From Spirochaetes bacterium GWB1_36_13 (lineage in GTDB: Bacteria; Spirochaetota; GWB1-36-13): a stretch of 64,000 bases of DNA. The notes under the pieces are model-generated. The model saw only the letters and a program-made list of their open reading frames with translations, had not been told where the DNA came from and ran no database searches. This document shows positions 34,671 through 45,585 of the stretch, in pieces (the stretch's first letter is position 1; the number at the start of each line of letters is the position of its first letter). The position numbers and the translations under genes were made by a program. The stretch lies in NCBI GenBank assembly GCA_001829155.1, contig MIAO01000011.1, positions 2,723 to 66,722 of the forward strand, written 5' to 3'.

Positions 34671-35432
34671 TTATTTAACGGTTTTCCGTTCCATAAGGTG
34701 GCATAGAAGATTATTGCCTTTTGATAGTTCTTTTTTTACATAATATAAAGGAAGATTCTCTTCATATCCGAAAAAAAGCTCCGGATATTCTTTTTCAGCG
34801 TAACTGATTTTAAAATTTTTTTTATCCAAGGGTGTTTCAGGCTTGATTTTCTTTTTTGCAGAAAGAATTTTCACTTTGCCTTTCAGTTTGACAAAAAAAC
34901 TTTTTGAGTAATAAAGATTCTGGTCCACAAATATTTCAAGCCGGACCGATTTGTTTCTTAAAAAATTTCCCTTAGGGACAAGCACTCTGAAGTGAATATC
35001 TCCATAAGGAACTTGAATGCTTTGAAGCGGTTCAATTAAAAAGATCTGAAGATTTTTAAAAACAGTTGCGGGATAGTTTTCTAAAACAGCTTTTTTAGTC
35101 TTTTCAAGAATTTCATATTCGAGTATTTTGGTGTAAAAAGGAGTGATTTCAATTTTATCTCCGGTCAGAATAAAATCTTTTCGGATTTTTACAAAAAGGA
35201 GTTTCCTGATTTCTTCAATATCATAGACCGTTTTTTTTTCAGGAAGCTTGAATAAGACAATTTTTTGAAGACTTTCTTTTTGTAAAGGAGTATCGGTTTC
35301 AATAGAGGCGATTTCGCCCAGTTCTACTTCCAGACCGGAAACTTTGGCGCAAGGCAAAAGCCGTATCAGAGTTTCAGAAGATACGGCTAATGGGAGGAAA
35401 AATGAAAAAATGAAAAAACTCAGAAAGCGCAT
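34671..35432 (-). CDS. flgA: Putative flagellar basal-body P-ring formation protein FlgA
   Basis: 253 aa with a signal peptide. It lies immediately downstream of flgG, and the stop/start overlap. The call rests on context and SAF-like domain features. Confidence 0.45.
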   Translation of the reverse strand: MRFLSFFIFSFFLPLAVSSETLIRLLPCAKVSGLEVELGEIASIETDTPLQKESLQKIVLFKLPEKKTVYDIEEIRKLLFVKIRKDFILTGDKIEITPFYTKILEYEILEKTKKAVLENYPATVFKNLQIFLIEPLQSIQVPYGDIHFRVLVPKGNFLRNKSVRLEIFVDQNLYYSKSFFVKLKGKVKILSAKKKIKPETPLDKKNFKISYAEKEYPELFFGYEENLPLYYVKKELSKGNNLLCHLMERKTVK

Positions 35433-36241
35433 TATCGTTTGAGTGAAACTGCGGTACCCAGCATATTGTCGGATGTTTGAATGGTTTTCGAGTCCATTTC
35501 ATAAGCTCTTTGAGCTGTAATCATATTCACCATTTCTTCAATAGCGTTTACATTCGACATTTCCAAAAACCGCTGCTTCACAAAGCCGAATCCGTTTTGG
35601 TTGGGGGTCCCCTCAATTGCGAGACCGCTTGCTTCAGTCGCCATTGCCAGATTTTTCCCTAAGTTATTCAAACCGGCGGAGTTGACAAAGCGGTAAGTCA
35701 AAACCTGTCCGACTTCAATGGGATTATTCGGGTCGGCGGCAGTCTTGACAGTGACCAAACCTTCTTCAGAAATATTGACGGTTCCGGGAATATAGTTTTG
35801 AGGCAAGGTGATTCTGGGTTCCAGATAATATCCTTCTGAAGTGACAATATCACCGTTTGGATCCACTTTAAAGGCTCCTTCCCGGGTATAGGCGAGTCTT
35901 CCGTCCGGGAGGTTGACCCTAAAAAATCCGTTTCCGAAAATCATCATATCCAGTTCATTTTCACTGGCTCTGGCTGAACCTTGAGTATAAAGTTTCTGGG
36001 TCCCCGATACTTCTACCCCGAGTCCCGCTTCAATTCCTGTCGGGTACTTGGCCGGGTTTTGACGGTGAAGGGAAGAAGGAGTTCCCGCAAGGCGTAAAGA
36101 TTGATAAAGAAGGTCTTGAAAATCGACTCTGTTTTTTTTAAATCCGACTGTATTGACATTGGAAAGATTATTGGCAATGGTATCCATGAGAAACTGCTGT
36201 CCCTGCATTCCTGTTGCAGCAGTCCAAAGTGATCGCATCAT
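35432..36241 (-). CDS. flgG: Flagellar basal-body rod protein FlgG
   Basis: 269 aa. N-terminal MMRSLWTAATGMQGQQFLMDTIANNLSNVNTVGFK. Conserved C-terminal rod segment. Confidence 0.9.
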   Translation of the reverse strand: MMRSLWTAATGMQGQQFLMDTIANNLSNVNTVGFKKNRVDFQDLLYQSLRLAGTPSSLHRQNPAKYPTGIEAGLGVEVSGTQKLYTQGSARASENELDMMIFGNGFFRVNLPDGRLAYTREGAFKVDPNGDIVTSEGYYLEPRITLPQNYIPGTVNISEEGLVTVKTAADPNNPIEVGQVLTYRFVNSAGLNNLGKNLAMATEASGLAIEGTPNQNGFGFVKQRFLEMSNVNAIEEMVNMITAQRAYEMDSKTIQTSDNMLGTAVSLKR

Positions 36242-36366
36242 GGCAAACTCCTTGTATTTGACTTCAGATTTATATATCGGAAGATTAAAAAAATCATAAA
36301 GCCTGTTTTTAAAATGATTAAATTTAAACGAGAGGATTAAATCCTATCTTATATAAGGAGTGATTC

Positions 36367-36570
36367 ATGAGTTTCAAGAAAAAAAATATCCATCCGATTT
36401 TAAAACATACTCCGTTTCTGGGTTCCGGGAGAAATAAAATCATTCATTCTACTGAAAATCCTTGCCCTGAAGCATATCTAGTTGATGTTGACGACAGATG
36501 GTATATTAAAAGCATTCCAGACGGGGGTTATGTCCGCTGTCCGAAGTGTTTTCCATCAAAGGATCGATAA
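36367..36570 (+). CDS. Small hypothetical protein with a C-terminal CPKC motif
   Basis: 67-aa ORF ending 4 nt before dapB. A weak call. Confidence 0.25.
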   Translation: MSFKKKNIHPILKHTPFLGSGRNKIIHSTENPCPEAYLVDVDDRWYIKSIPDGGYVRCPKCFPSKDR

Positions 36571-36573
36571 GAA

Positions 36574-37356
36574 ATGGTCAAACTGGGTATTTACGGCGCA
36601 AGAGGGAGGATGGGGCAAGAACTCTGCATTGCCTCTGAAAACAACCAAAATGCGGTATTGAGTTATCTTTTTGAAAGGGAAGATCATCCCGATATGGGGA
36701 AAAATAATTTCAATCTGATTGTCGGAAGCAGTATTCATGAGCTTTTGTCTGAGTCTGATGTGGTGATTGATTTTACTTCACCGGAAGCAACCGGAAAATT
36801 ACTCTCTGCTAATGAAAAATTCAAAAAACCTCTGGTCATCGGGACAACTGGTTTAAATCAGGAACAGATCAAAAATATCGAAAATTATTCGAAATTTTTT
36901 CCGATTGTGTTCAGCCCCAATTACAGCATCGGCGTCAATCTTTTAATTGAAGTCATGGATATGGTGGGAAAAGTTTTATCAAAAGACAAAGGTTACGACC
37001 TTGAAATTATTGAACTCCATCACCGCTTTAAAAAAGACGCTCCCAGCGGCACAGCGCTTAAACTTGCAGAAGCCGCGGCGAAGGCGACCGGAAGAAATCT
37101 TTCCAAAGATGCAGTGTATGGACGCGAAGGGATCACAGGGGAAAGAAATCCTGATGAAGTGGGCGTATTTGCGGTTCGTGCCGGAGATATTGTAGGGGAG
37201 CATACTGTTTTATTTACTACCCTGGGAGAAAGAGTTGAAATCACTCACAAGGCGCATTCCCGGCAGACTTTCGCAAAAGGTGCAGTAGAAGCAGCCGTCT
37301 GGATACAGGGAAAAGCAAACCGGGTCTATACAATGAAAGATGTTCTCGGTTTTTAA
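36574..37356 (+). CDS. dapB: 4-hydroxy-tetrahydrodipicolinate reductase
   Basis: 260 aa. N-terminal GARGRMGQ NAD(P)-binding motif and the ELHHRFKKDAPSGTA signature. Confidence 0.9.
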   Translation: MVKLGIYGARGRMGQELCIASENNQNAVLSYLFEREDHPDMGKNNFNLIVGSSIHELLSESDVVIDFTSPEATGKLLSANEKFKKPLVIGTTGLNQEQIKNIENYSKFFPIVFSPNYSIGVNLLIEVMDMVGKVLSKDKGYDLEIIELHHRFKKDAPSGTALKLAEAAAKATGRNLSKDAVYGREGITGERNPDEVGVFAVRAGDIVGEHTVLFTTLGERVEITHKAHSRQTFAKGAVEAAVWIQGKANRVYTMKDVLGF

Positions 37357-38431
37357 TCAAATAAGGAGAAAAGAAATGTTGAAAAAGATAATTTTATTAT
37401 TTTTTATTTTATCGTTTGTTTCATGCGGTAAAGCTTATATTAAAGATATGGACAGCCAGAACGAAGCTGATCCGAAAGAATTCGGGCTTTTAGTTTTCAG
37501 TCTGACTTTTCTGGAAAACGGGATTCAGGAATTGCCGCTATTTCTGACTCTGACAGGGGAACAAGGCGGGAGTGAAGAAATCAGGCTGGATATGAAAGAC
37601 GATACACTTTATGCTTTTTTTGTGAAAGAAGGGGTGTATTATCTGAGAGATCTGACAGGAGAAAATAATTCTCCTACCATTACAAGAACCGCAAGTAATA
37701 AAGAAACCAGAGATATTTACACGACTAAGCAGTGGAAAATTGTGGTCAAGGCAGGCGCTCTCAACTATGCGGGAAATATTTTTATTAAAGATTTTTCTGA
37801 TAATGAAAAACTGAATACGAAATTTAAGGTTAAAATGGAAAACTATGTTCTTTCAGCCGATATTTCTGTCAGAAAAAGAATGGCAGATATTTCCAGTGTT
37901 TTAGAAAAATACCCTTATCTGAAAGACAAACAGTTTCCAATCAATATGGCTTTATTCCAGGAAGATGATGCGGATAATTCAACCATCAGCGACAATTACC
38001 AGCAGAGCAAATTTGATTCTCAAAACAAGGGATATGGATCATACTACTGGGGCACTCCTATTTCAGAAGTGAAAAAAAGTCTGGAGCTGGAAGGGAAAAA
38101 GATTACAGTTCTTTCTCAGGATCATCTGATCGATTCCACTGTTTTAAAAAATCCGGTTGAATTCTTTTTTCTTCCCTTTGAAGGGGATTTTGCGCTTTAT
38201 AAAGTGCAGGTCTATTTCCTGAAAAGCGATTTTGACAGCATCTTTGCTTCCTTAAAAGGAAAATATGGAGATTTTGCCAAAAAAGATGAAAAAAGCTTTA
38301 CCTGGTACACGACTTACACCAAGTTGATTCTGGATGAAAAAGATGAATCCCTGATTCTGACCTATGAAGCGATCCATGCGAAAGAAGAAACAGAACAGAA
38401 AAATGAAGTCAAAGACAATTTAATCAAATAA
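37340..38431 (+). CDS. Hypothetical lipoprotein
   Basis: 363 aa. Signal plus lipobox LSFVSCGK. No recognisable catalytic domain. Confidence 0.4.
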   Translation: MFSVFNQIRRKEMLKKIILLFFILSFVSCGKAYIKDMDSQNEADPKEFGLLVFSLTFLENGIQELPLFLTLTGEQGGSEEIRLDMKDDTLYAFFVKEGVYYLRDLTGENNSPTITRTASNKETRDIYTTKQWKIVVKAGALNYAGNIFIKDFSDNEKLNTKFKVKMENYVLSADISVRKRMADISSVLEKYPYLKDKQFPINMALFQEDDADNSTISDNYQQSKFDSQNKGYGSYYWGTPISEVKKSLELEGKKITVLSQDHLIDSTVLKNPVEFFFLPFEGDFALYKVQVYFLKSDFDSIFASLKGKYGDFAKKDEKSFTWYTTYTKLILDEKDESLILTYEAIHAKEETEQKNEVKDNLIK

Positions 38432-38456
38432 AGTGATTATGTTTAACTTTATTTTG

Positions 38457-38496
38457 GCGGAGCCGAACGGGCACTGAGCGGAGCCGAAGTGTACGA
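38457..38496. repeat. REP-like tandem GGAGCCGAA motif (ggcggagccgaacgggcactgagcggagccgaagtg), related to the hairpin inside the MITE at 10784-10817
   Basis: The GAGCGGAGCCGA(A/G)GTG core recurs at 10784, 38476 and, degenerate, 32254. It lies between convergent genes. Confidence 0.45.
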
Positions 38497-38526
38497 AATT
38501 AACTCATTTGCTGTTTTATCTGTAAA

Positions 38527-38558
38527 AAGATGCGGATTGAATCCGTATCTTTTTTTTA
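38527..38558 (+). terminator. Hairpin (agatgcggatt-gaa-tccgtatct) plus T8 between convergent genes
   Basis: Stem-loop followed by TTTTTTTT on the plus strand. It overlaps the stop of the minus-strand gene. Confidence 0.5.
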
Positions 38559-41030
38559 TACAATTTCCATTCCCACCATGCACACATCATCTTCAAAATG
38601 ATAGTCTTCCCTGAATTTCAAAAGTTCGTGATAAACAGATTCGATCAGCGATGTGATAGGGGACCGGTGATTTTTGACAAGAATATCGGGAAGGACATCT
38701 TCAAACTCATCGCCGGATATATTTGTGGCTTCAGTCAGCCCATCGGTGTAAAAAAGGATTTTATCTCCTTTCTCAAGCTGGATTTCTTTTTCTTCAAAAG
38801 AAAGATCATCCATAATCCCAAGGATTTTTCCTTTGGATTTTAAAGGAATAATAGAATCTTCCCTCAATAAAAAAGGATAATTATGAGAAGCTCTGGAATA
38901 TTTAAAGAGTTTGCTTTCAGAATCATAAATACCGTAAAAAGCGGTCAGGAAATTTCCGCTTGTCTGACCCACCAGACGGCGGTTGACATAAGAAAGAAGC
39001 TCATGAGGCTCAAGCATTTTTTCTCCCGCTGAGTCCAATACGGATTTGAGCATGCTGGTGATTAAGGCGGCGGGAACTCCGTGACCGGACACATCGCTGA
39101 TGAAGATTCCTAACGATTTTTCCTGCTCTCCTTTGATAAAATCAAAAAAATCTCCTCCAATATTTTCCATCGGTTTATAAAGAGACGCAAAACGGGTGTT
39201 CAAAAGATAGGGAAAAACGGAAGGGATGAGTTTCTGCTGGATTTTTTCCGCCAGTTTCAATTCCTGAAGGAGCTGGTAGTTTTTTGTTTTGATAATCGCA
39301 TTCTGTTCTTCCAGTTTCAGCTTCTGCTCTTCCACCTGTTTTTTCTGTTCTTCAACCAGGGTGTAAAGCTGCGCATTTGAAATTGCGCTTCCGATCAATG
39401 AAAAAAGAGATTCAAGCACAGTCAGATCGTTTTCTTTTAACCCCAAGGGTTTTTCCAGAGTATAAAGATGGACGCTTCCGATCGGTTTCCCGTCTTTTCG
39501 GATGGGAATAAGAAGAAGAGTGCGCGGCGTCTCCATCAGTTTTAAAATATCTTTGTCTTTTTGAGACATGGGAAGGTGGAGAATCGGCTGGACATCGTCA
39601 AAATAAAAATAAATATTCCGAAGGTATCCGCTGGGGCATGCTCCGTCATGAGCATCCATGAGATACCCTTTCGCTTCTTTTTGATATTGAATAACATTTT
39701 CAGCGATATGCTGATGCTTGGGATGAATAATATAATTCATGACAAAATCTAAGCGGTTGTTTTTTTCCATAAAAACCATGGCATAATCAAAACCAAAAAG
39801 AGAAAGAACTTCTTTTAAGATGGTACGGTAAATCTGACTTAAAGAAGTCAGATTATTGATGGTTTCCGCAATTGAAAGGATTTTTCTGTTTTTTTCTGCG
39901 GCAGTCAGAATTTCTTTTTCCTTCTCTTTTAAAAGAGTGTAAAAAATTGAATTTTTAGTCTGTTTATAAAAAAGTTCAATCAGCTTTCTTATTTTTTGAA
40001 TAGCAGAATCGGGAATCTGGTTTTCATGGGTATAAAGAAAAATCAACCCCAGGGCATCTTGAACAGAATTTGTTTGAAAATCCTGAATAAAGGGAATATA
40101 AACTCCATAGCGGCATTCCCAGAGTGCAAACATCCGTTTGGTATTTTCGTTGTATTTTGAAATTGAGCTTTGATCTAGGACAACCGATTTTAAAAGAGAC
40201 TGAAAAAAAACTTCAGGGCTGGTTTCCAGGGGGGTTTTCTTTTTAATAAGAACTTTTTCCATGTTTTTGAATTTTTGAGACATTGTGATTTTTTCAGTAA
40301 TCAGATTTTGTTTTTCAGGATCCAGGATAGAGATAAAATATCCGTCAAAACAGCCTGTTTTTTCAATTTCTTTTCCTAAAAGATCAAAAAGTTCCGAGAT
40401 TTCAATGACTGAATTGATTTTTTTCACGAGTTGAATGGTTTCTTCATGTTCCAGTCTGATTTTTTCAAGTTCTTCTTTTTTTCTGACCATCTGGAGGCTG
40501 CCCGCAACTGAACTGACAAAATCTTCAATAGCTGCAATTTTTTCTTTGTCTAAATTTAATTTATTATAGGAAGAGCAGTGAAAGACCCCGATCGCGAAGT
40601 TGTCAAAGAGAATAGGCACAATAAGGTTTTCTTTGATTCCAAGGGCTTTTACTGTTTCGCGGTCTTTTGGGCGCATGTTTTCCAGATGCTCCACAATAGT
40701 GCAGTCGGAATACCGGGTTTTCTTTGTCTTTGCGACAACGGCGCTGATGGAATCCTCATCTTGTAAAGAAACATCCTGATGAACCGCTTCTTTGATATCG
40801 TTTTTTGAGTCATCAAATCCGTAATACCGGTATGAAACCAGTTTCTGCTTTTCTTCGTCCACCAGCTGAATCCCGATCGCGTCAAAATTCCACCTTGATT
40901 TCAGAAAATCCGTAATATCGCCCAAAAGACTGTCTAAATTATCCGAAAATGATATTTTTTTAATCAGTTCTTTTTCTTCTAAAAGATGTTCGTAAGAATC
41001 GGAAAAGTTCAAAAAGAACTCCTTTGCCAT
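38556..41030 (-). CDS. Sensor protein with GAF domains and a C-terminal PP2C-type (SpoIIE/RsbU-like) Ser/Thr phosphatase
   Basis: 824 aa. PPM motifs GGDFFDFI and FISDVSGHGVPAALITSML..FYTDGLTEA. Long GAF-like N-terminal region. Confidence 0.8.
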   Translation of the reverse strand: MAKEFFLNFSDSYEHLLEEKELIKKISFSDNLDSLLGDITDFLKSRWNFDAIGIQLVDEEKQKLVSYRYYGFDDSKNDIKEAVHQDVSLQDEDSISAVVAKTKKTRYSDCTIVEHLENMRPKDRETVKALGIKENLIVPILFDNFAIGVFHCSSYNKLNLDKEKIAAIEDFVSSVAGSLQMVRKKEELEKIRLEHEETIQLVKKINSVIEISELFDLLGKEIEKTGCFDGYFISILDPEKQNLITEKITMSQKFKNMEKVLIKKKTPLETSPEVFFQSLLKSVVLDQSSISKYNENTKRMFALWECRYGVYIPFIQDFQTNSVQDALGLIFLYTHENQIPDSAIQKIRKLIELFYKQTKNSIFYTLLKEKEKEILTAAEKNRKILSIAETINNLTSLSQIYRTILKEVLSLFGFDYAMVFMEKNNRLDFVMNYIIHPKHQHIAENVIQYQKEAKGYLMDAHDGACPSGYLRNIYFYFDDVQPILHLPMSQKDKDILKLMETPRTLLLIPIRKDGKPIGSVHLYTLEKPLGLKENDLTVLESLFSLIGSAISNAQLYTLVEEQKKQVEEQKLKLEEQNAIIKTKNYQLLQELKLAEKIQQKLIPSVFPYLLNTRFASLYKPMENIGGDFFDFIKGEQEKSLGIFISDVSGHGVPAALITSMLKSVLDSAGEKMLEPHELLSYVNRRLVGQTSGNFLTAFYGIYDSESKLFKYSRASHNYPFLLREDSIIPLKSKGKILGIMDDLSFEEKEIQLEKGDKILFYTDGLTEATNISGDEFEDVLPDILVKNHRSPITSLIESVYHELLKFREDYHFEDDVCMVGMEIV

Positions 41031-41070
41031 TAAATTTTTTAAAACGAGTTTAAAAAATAATAATAAAAAA

Positions 41071-41100
41071 GTTTAAGAAAAAAATATTTTCTTCTTAAAC
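41071..41100 (-). terminator. Rho-independent terminator after recA (minus strand)
   Basis: 9-bp stem GTTTAAGAA / TTCTTAAAC, followed on the minus strand by a T-rich run (plus-strand taaaaaataataataaaaaa). Confidence 0.6.
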
Positions 41101-41122
41101 TTCATAAATAAAATCAGATCAA

Positions 41123-42202
41123 TTATAAAAGTTCTTCTTCCTGATCATTTTTTTTAGAAGATCTTTTTTTAGGTTTGGTTTCTTCTTTCACAGGTTCTTC
41201 TTTTTTTACTTCATTGATATAAAGATTAAAGTGTTTTCTGACCAGATTTTCAATTTCTACGACCAACTCAGGATTTTCATCAAAAAATTTATAAACGCTG
41301 TCTTTTCCCTGTCCGATTCTTTTTTCTCCGTATGAATACCAGGTTCCGCTTCTTTTCAAAATATCCAGTTTTGCAGCTTCTTCCACAATGCACGAATAAT
41401 TATAAGGACCCCTGTCGAAAAGAACCGCAAACTCCGCTGTTTTAAAAGGGCTTGCCAGTTTATTTTTAGCGATTTTGATTTTTGTGGTAAAGCCGTAAAC
41501 TTCATCTTTTTCTTTTAAAGCTTCCCCTTTTCTGACTTCCATTCGCAGAGAAGAATAAAATTTTAACGCCATTCCCCCGGTGGTGGTTTCAGGGTTTCCG
41601 TAACCGCCGATTTTCATCCGAAGCTGGTTGATGAAAATGACACAGGTTCTTGATTTATTCACACAGCCGGTAATTTTTCGAAGCGCTTGAGACATGAGCC
41701 TTGCCTGAAGGCCAATGATCGAGTCCCCCATATTTCCTTCGATTTCCGCTTTTGGAACCAAAGCGGCCACACTGTCAATGACCACAAGATCAAATTGAGC
41801 GGTTCTGACTAAAGTTTCCGTAATTTCCAGAGCCTGTTCGCCGGAATCGGGCTGAGAAATATAGAGTTCATCCAGTTTTACCCCGATTTTTTCAGCATAA
41901 ACAGGATCTAAAGCGTGCTCTGCATCCACAAAAGCCGCTACTCCTCCCATTTTCTGCACCTGAGCGATAGCAGAGAGGGCAATAGTTGTTTTACCCGAAG
42001 ACTCAGGTCCGTAAACCTCGATAATCCTGCCTCTGGCAAATCCCCCCACCCCTGTAGCAATATCAACAGAAAGGATTCCGGTAGAAATGACAGGGACATT
42101 GACCCTTTTCCCTTCTTCCAGCTTCATAATGCTTTCTTCGCCGTATTTTTTCTGTATTTCTTTGATTGCACTTTCAATAATAGCTTTCTTTTGGCTGTCC
42201 AT
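41123..42202 (-). CDS. recA: Recombinase RecA
   Basis: 359 aa with Walker [10 protein letters not shown] and a full-length RecA core. Confidence 0.95.
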   Translation of the reverse strand: MDSQKKAIIESAIKEIQKKYGEESIMKLEEGKRVNVPVISTGILSVDIATGVGGFARGRIIEVYGPESSGKTTIALSAIAQVQKMGGVAAFVDAEHALDPVYAEKIGVKLDELYISQPDSGEQALEITETLVRTAQFDLVVIDSVAALVPKAEIEGNMGDSIIGLQARLMSQALRKITGCVNKSRTCVIFINQLRMKIGGYGNPETTTGGMALKFYSSLRMEVRKGEALKEKDEVYGFTTKIKIAKNKLASPFKTAEFAVLFDRGPYNYSCIVEEAAKLDILKRSGTWYSYGEKRIGQGKDSVYKFFDENPELVVEIENLVRKHFNLYINEVKKEEPVKEETKPKKRSSKKNDQEEELL

Positions 42203-42221
42203 TTTTTCCTCTTTTTTATTT

Positions 42222-43649
42222 TTACTCTTTAAAATTAATATTCATAAAATGTTTTATAAAACTTTCTTCTTTCTGAATGTTGGAAGAAGAGTCTGTTTCT
42301 AGTGTGTGTTTAATTTCTTCCAGAATCTGCTGATGGTATTTTAATGCCTCTTCCTTATGAAAAGGTTCTTCTTCTTTCAAATAAATAATTTCTGTTTCTT
42401 TTACAGCGGTGAAATGGAAAATGTCTTTGATTTTGGATTTCAGTTCGTTTGAAAAATAAAAGATATCTAAAACTCCGTCGGATCCGCCGAAACTGATTTC
42501 ATAATTTTTCTTGGTAGAGGAAAGCTTAATTTTTCCACGGATGATTTTTATAAACTGGTCGGGTTTTAAAAATATCTCTATATTTTCAGCATCCGCAAAA
42601 ACAATCGAGTCGCTTTTTACAGGACTTTCTGGTTTGCCCACATAGACATTCGTAATCGGGAAGGGGATCTCGATTCCCTGTCTTTGAAACATATACCAGA
42701 GTTGAGTTTTAATTTTATCTTCTACCTGAAGAATGGTTTCAAAGTTTTCCAGAAAAAAACGGATTTCATATTCAATATAAAAGTCTTTAAAATCTTTTAA
42801 AAAAATTTCAGGCGCCGGCTGTTTTAAAACTTCGTCAAAATTTTTTAGAAACTTTAAAATCTGTTCCTTCACATATCCAGGCGGATTTTTATAAGAAATT
42901 CCTATCTTAAAAATCCTTGCAAATTGTGCATAATAATTATATTTGATAATCTCAACACCGCCGATTTCCTTATTTGGGACAATAATGACCTGATTATTTC
43001 GGTTTCTGATCTGGGTAGTTCTCCAATTCATCTGAACCACAGTGCCGAGCTCCCCCGATTTGATTTTAATAAAATCTCCGATTTTGTAAGTTTTTTCAAG
43101 AATAATTGAAAAACCTGCAATAATATTAACCAGCGTGTCCTGAAAGGCAAATCCGATAGCGGCTGTTGCGATCGCTGAAGTAACAGCAATATCTTGGAGT
43201 GAAAACCCGAAAAAAGTCTTCAGCATCATCAGAATAATAAAACTCCAGATCACGGCTTTGATAATATCTCTGAATATCTGGGTGACTTCTTTTCTTCCAT
43301 GGCGGATGAAAAAAACTTCAACGACAATATAATCAATGACTTTTAATAGTTTGAACATGAAAATAAAGATAGACACATCTGAAAGAAAGCCTGAAACACT
43401 CCCCGGCACCTGCTTCCAGAAAAGGTAAAAAAGAAAATAAAAACTAAGTGTCCTTAAGTTTTTTTTAACCGGATCCAAATCCTTAAATTTTCTAATCAGG
43501 ATTTTGATAATGACAATCGAAAGAAAAAAAGCCAGAACGAGAAGACTGGCAAGAAGGATAAATTCTCCCCATCCGCTGGATTTGATATCCAGAAATGTCT
43601 GAACAATTTCTTTTTTCAACATCAATATTGTATTGATAATGGCATCCAT
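42222..43649 (-). CDS. Mechanosensitive ion channel (MscS-family) protein with an extended C-terminal domain
   Basis: 475 aa. N-terminal TM helices. Central MscS-like beta domain ([28 protein letters not shown]). Confidence 0.55.
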   Translation of the reverse strand: MDAIINTILMLKKEIVQTFLDIKSSGWGEFILLASLLVLAFFLSIVIIKILIRKFKDLDPVKKNLRTLSFYFLFYLFWKQVPGSVSGFLSDVSIFIFMFKLLKVIDYIVVEVFFIRHGRKEVTQIFRDIIKAVIWSFIILMMLKTFFGFSLQDIAVTSAIATAAIGFAFQDTLVNIIAGFSIILEKTYKIGDFIKIKSGELGTVVQMNWRTTQIRNRNNQVIIVPNKEIGGVEIIKYNYYAQFARIFKIGISYKNPPGYVKEQILKFLKNFDEVLKQPAPEIFLKDFKDFYIEYEIRFFLENFETILQVEDKIKTQLWYMFQRQGIEIPFPITNVYVGKPESPVKSDSIVFADAENIEIFLKPDQFIKIIRGKIKLSSTKKNYEISFGGSDGVLDIFYFSNELKSKIKDIFHFTAVKETEIIYLKEEEPFHKEEALKYHQQILEEIKHTLETDSSSNIQKEESFIKHFMNINFKE

Positions 43650-43707
43650 TAAAGCTCCCTAAACGCGCAAACCCAGATAGAAGTTGAGCACCTGTTTTTT
43701 TATAATA

Positions 43708-44256
43708 TTATTTATTGTCTATTTTATTCAATTCCTGAATAACATTATCAAGAGTATGAGGGGTTTTATTGTCGGAAATCAAGGCGTAAATGCTGGAAAG
43801 TTCCTTGATGGCTTTCCCTAAAACGCCCAGTTTCTTTTCTACATTTTGCTGAAGTCCCTTTTGTTCGATAGAGCTGATTTCAGATGATATTTCAAAGGCT
43901 TTGATCAGTTCCATCAGATCCTTTTTCTCTTTGTTGGCCATATCCAGAGTGCTTTCATAAGATTGAAGAAGCCCGTAAAGGTCTTTTTTTTCTCCTTCTG
44001 TCAGTGTCATGGTATGCTGATAAGCTTCGATTGTGTCATAAAGCTCAATTTTTTCTTTTCTGGACATTTCTTCCGCTACCTCAAGCGCCTGAACGGTCTG
44101 TTCGGTCTCGGCAATTTCTTCTTGCGCCAGGAGAGATATCTGATCAAAAGCCTTGATGATATTCTTAAGCTGAACAATTTCTCTGTTTTTCGTATCCAGT
44201 TCCTTTTTCAGGCTTTCATTTTCTTTTTTCAGTATTTCTAATTCTTTATTGTGCAT
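43708..44256 (-). CDS. Hypothetical coiled-coil protein
   Basis: 182 aa, Glu/Lys-rich with heptad periodicity. Confidence 0.3.
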   Translation of the reverse strand: MHNKELEILKKENESLKKELDTKNREIVQLKNIIKAFDQISLLAQEEIAETEQTVQALEVAEEMSRKEKIELYDTIEAYQHTMTLTEGEKKDLYGLLQSYESTLDMANKEKKDLMELIKAFEISSEISSIEQKGLQQNVEKKLGVLGKAIKELSSIYALISDNKTPHTLDNVIQELNKIDNK

Positions 44257-44328
44257 CCTAATCCTCCCTGCTGAAATTGTTTTATTTTAACCTTTAATTC
44301 TTTAAAGAATAATTTTATATTACAAGTA

Positions 44329-44967
44329 TCAGTCCACTTTGGTCCAATCGATCACAACGCCGATGTTTTTTGCGAGTTCCTCTATATCCTGATCGGTATG
44401 ATAAAGCATGCCGGGGTTATTGTCAATATTAATCTGACCGTTTGATTCTTTGATGAATCGTTTGGCAAGATGATGAGTGGCGCTGACGGTTTCTCCGGTT
44501 TTATCTTCTTTGGAAGTCTTATGCTCGATCGTTCCGTTGCAGGTGCAAAAAAAGACCTGGGCAGAGCTTTCAATTTTAATGAAAAAAGAGGTTCCTCTGA
44601 CTCCAGCCAGCGAAACAGGGGTTCGAACCATGTGTTCTTTTTTTTCATTCCCTTTGTTTAAAACAGCGGACATTTCTCCGCTGACAAGGTCAATGAGTTT
44701 GATTTTATCCGAAAAATCGAGAGAAATTTTTGAAAGTGAATGAATCTGGAGAATGCTTTTTTCAGAAAGTAAAATATTGCAGACGCTCTTTTCCCCGGTC
44801 TCTATCTCGTCTTTATTTTTTATGATTTGATTGAGGGAAGCTTTTTGACCGTTGATTCGGACATCTCCCAGAATAAAAGAAATTTTTCCGGCTTCATCGG
44901 GTTTATTGCAGGAAGAGAGAAAAGAAAGAGAAAGCAGGAAAAAACAATAAAGTTGTTTTTGAGTCAT
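44329..44967 (-). CDS. Hypothetical lipoprotein (FecR-like fold possible)
   Basis: Signal plus lipobox FLSSCNKP. 212 aa. Confidence 0.35.
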   Translation of the reverse strand: MTQKQLYCFFLLSLSFLSSCNKPDEAGKISFILGDVRINGQKASLNQIIKNKDEIETGEKSVCNILLSEKSILQIHSLSKISLDFSDKIKLIDLVSGEMSAVLNKGNEKKEHMVRTPVSLAGVRGTSFFIKIESSAQVFFCTCNGTIEHKTSKEDKTGETVSATHHLAKRFIKESNGQINIDNNPGMLYHTDQDIEELAKNIGVVIDWTKVD

Positions 44968-45134
44968 TTTTCACACCTCTTATTTATATCTATTTGTATT
45001 AACAAAATATAATATAATATAAGAGACTGCGCAAAGTAAATCTGAAATAAGATATTTTTAAAAAAATTTGTTTTTATTCCCTTTCATGAATATTTTATTC
45101 CTTGAATAAACTGATATTTGATAAGGAGTGTTTT

Positions 45135-45548
45135 ATGACGATTAAGGAACTTTCTATTTTTGTTCAGAATAAAAAAGGCAAACTAGCGGCGATCAGCCGT
45201 TTGATGGGAGAAAATGAAATTAATATCCGTGCTTTTAATATGCAGGATACCGCCGAAGGATACGGTATTTTCAGACTGATTGTCGATTATACTGAAAAAG
45301 CCCGTGAAATTCTTCAGGCAAACCACTTCACTGTTTCAGAGACAGAAGTAGCGGCGCTGGCTTTACCGGATAAACCCAATGCGCTTTATAATCTTTTGAA
45401 TCTTTTCGCAGAAAACGGGCTGAATGTAGAGTACATTTATGCGGGCGCCAATTCTGTGGTAATGATCAAACTCGATGATCCGAATAAAGCAGGGCAGATT
45501 CTTCAAAAAGAAGGCTTGCCGCTGATTAACAATACGCTTAAAATTTAA
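45135..45548 (+). CDS. ACT-domain protein. Start chosen at MTIKELS with the AAGGAG RBS; the ORF track begins at 45102.
   Basis: Two ACT-like halves (IFVQNKKGKLAAISRLMGENEINIRAF..). A conserved partner of the downstream PaaK-like ligase. Confidence 0.55.
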   Translation: MTIKELSIFVQNKKGKLAAISRLMGENEINIRAFNMQDTAEGYGIFRLIVDYTEKAREILQANHFTVSETEVAALALPDKPNALYNLLNLFAENGLNVEYIYAGANSVVMIKLDDPNKAGQILQKEGLPLINNTLKI

Positions 45549-45585
45549 AATCAGTTAAAAACACAACCAAGGAGACAATTTTAAA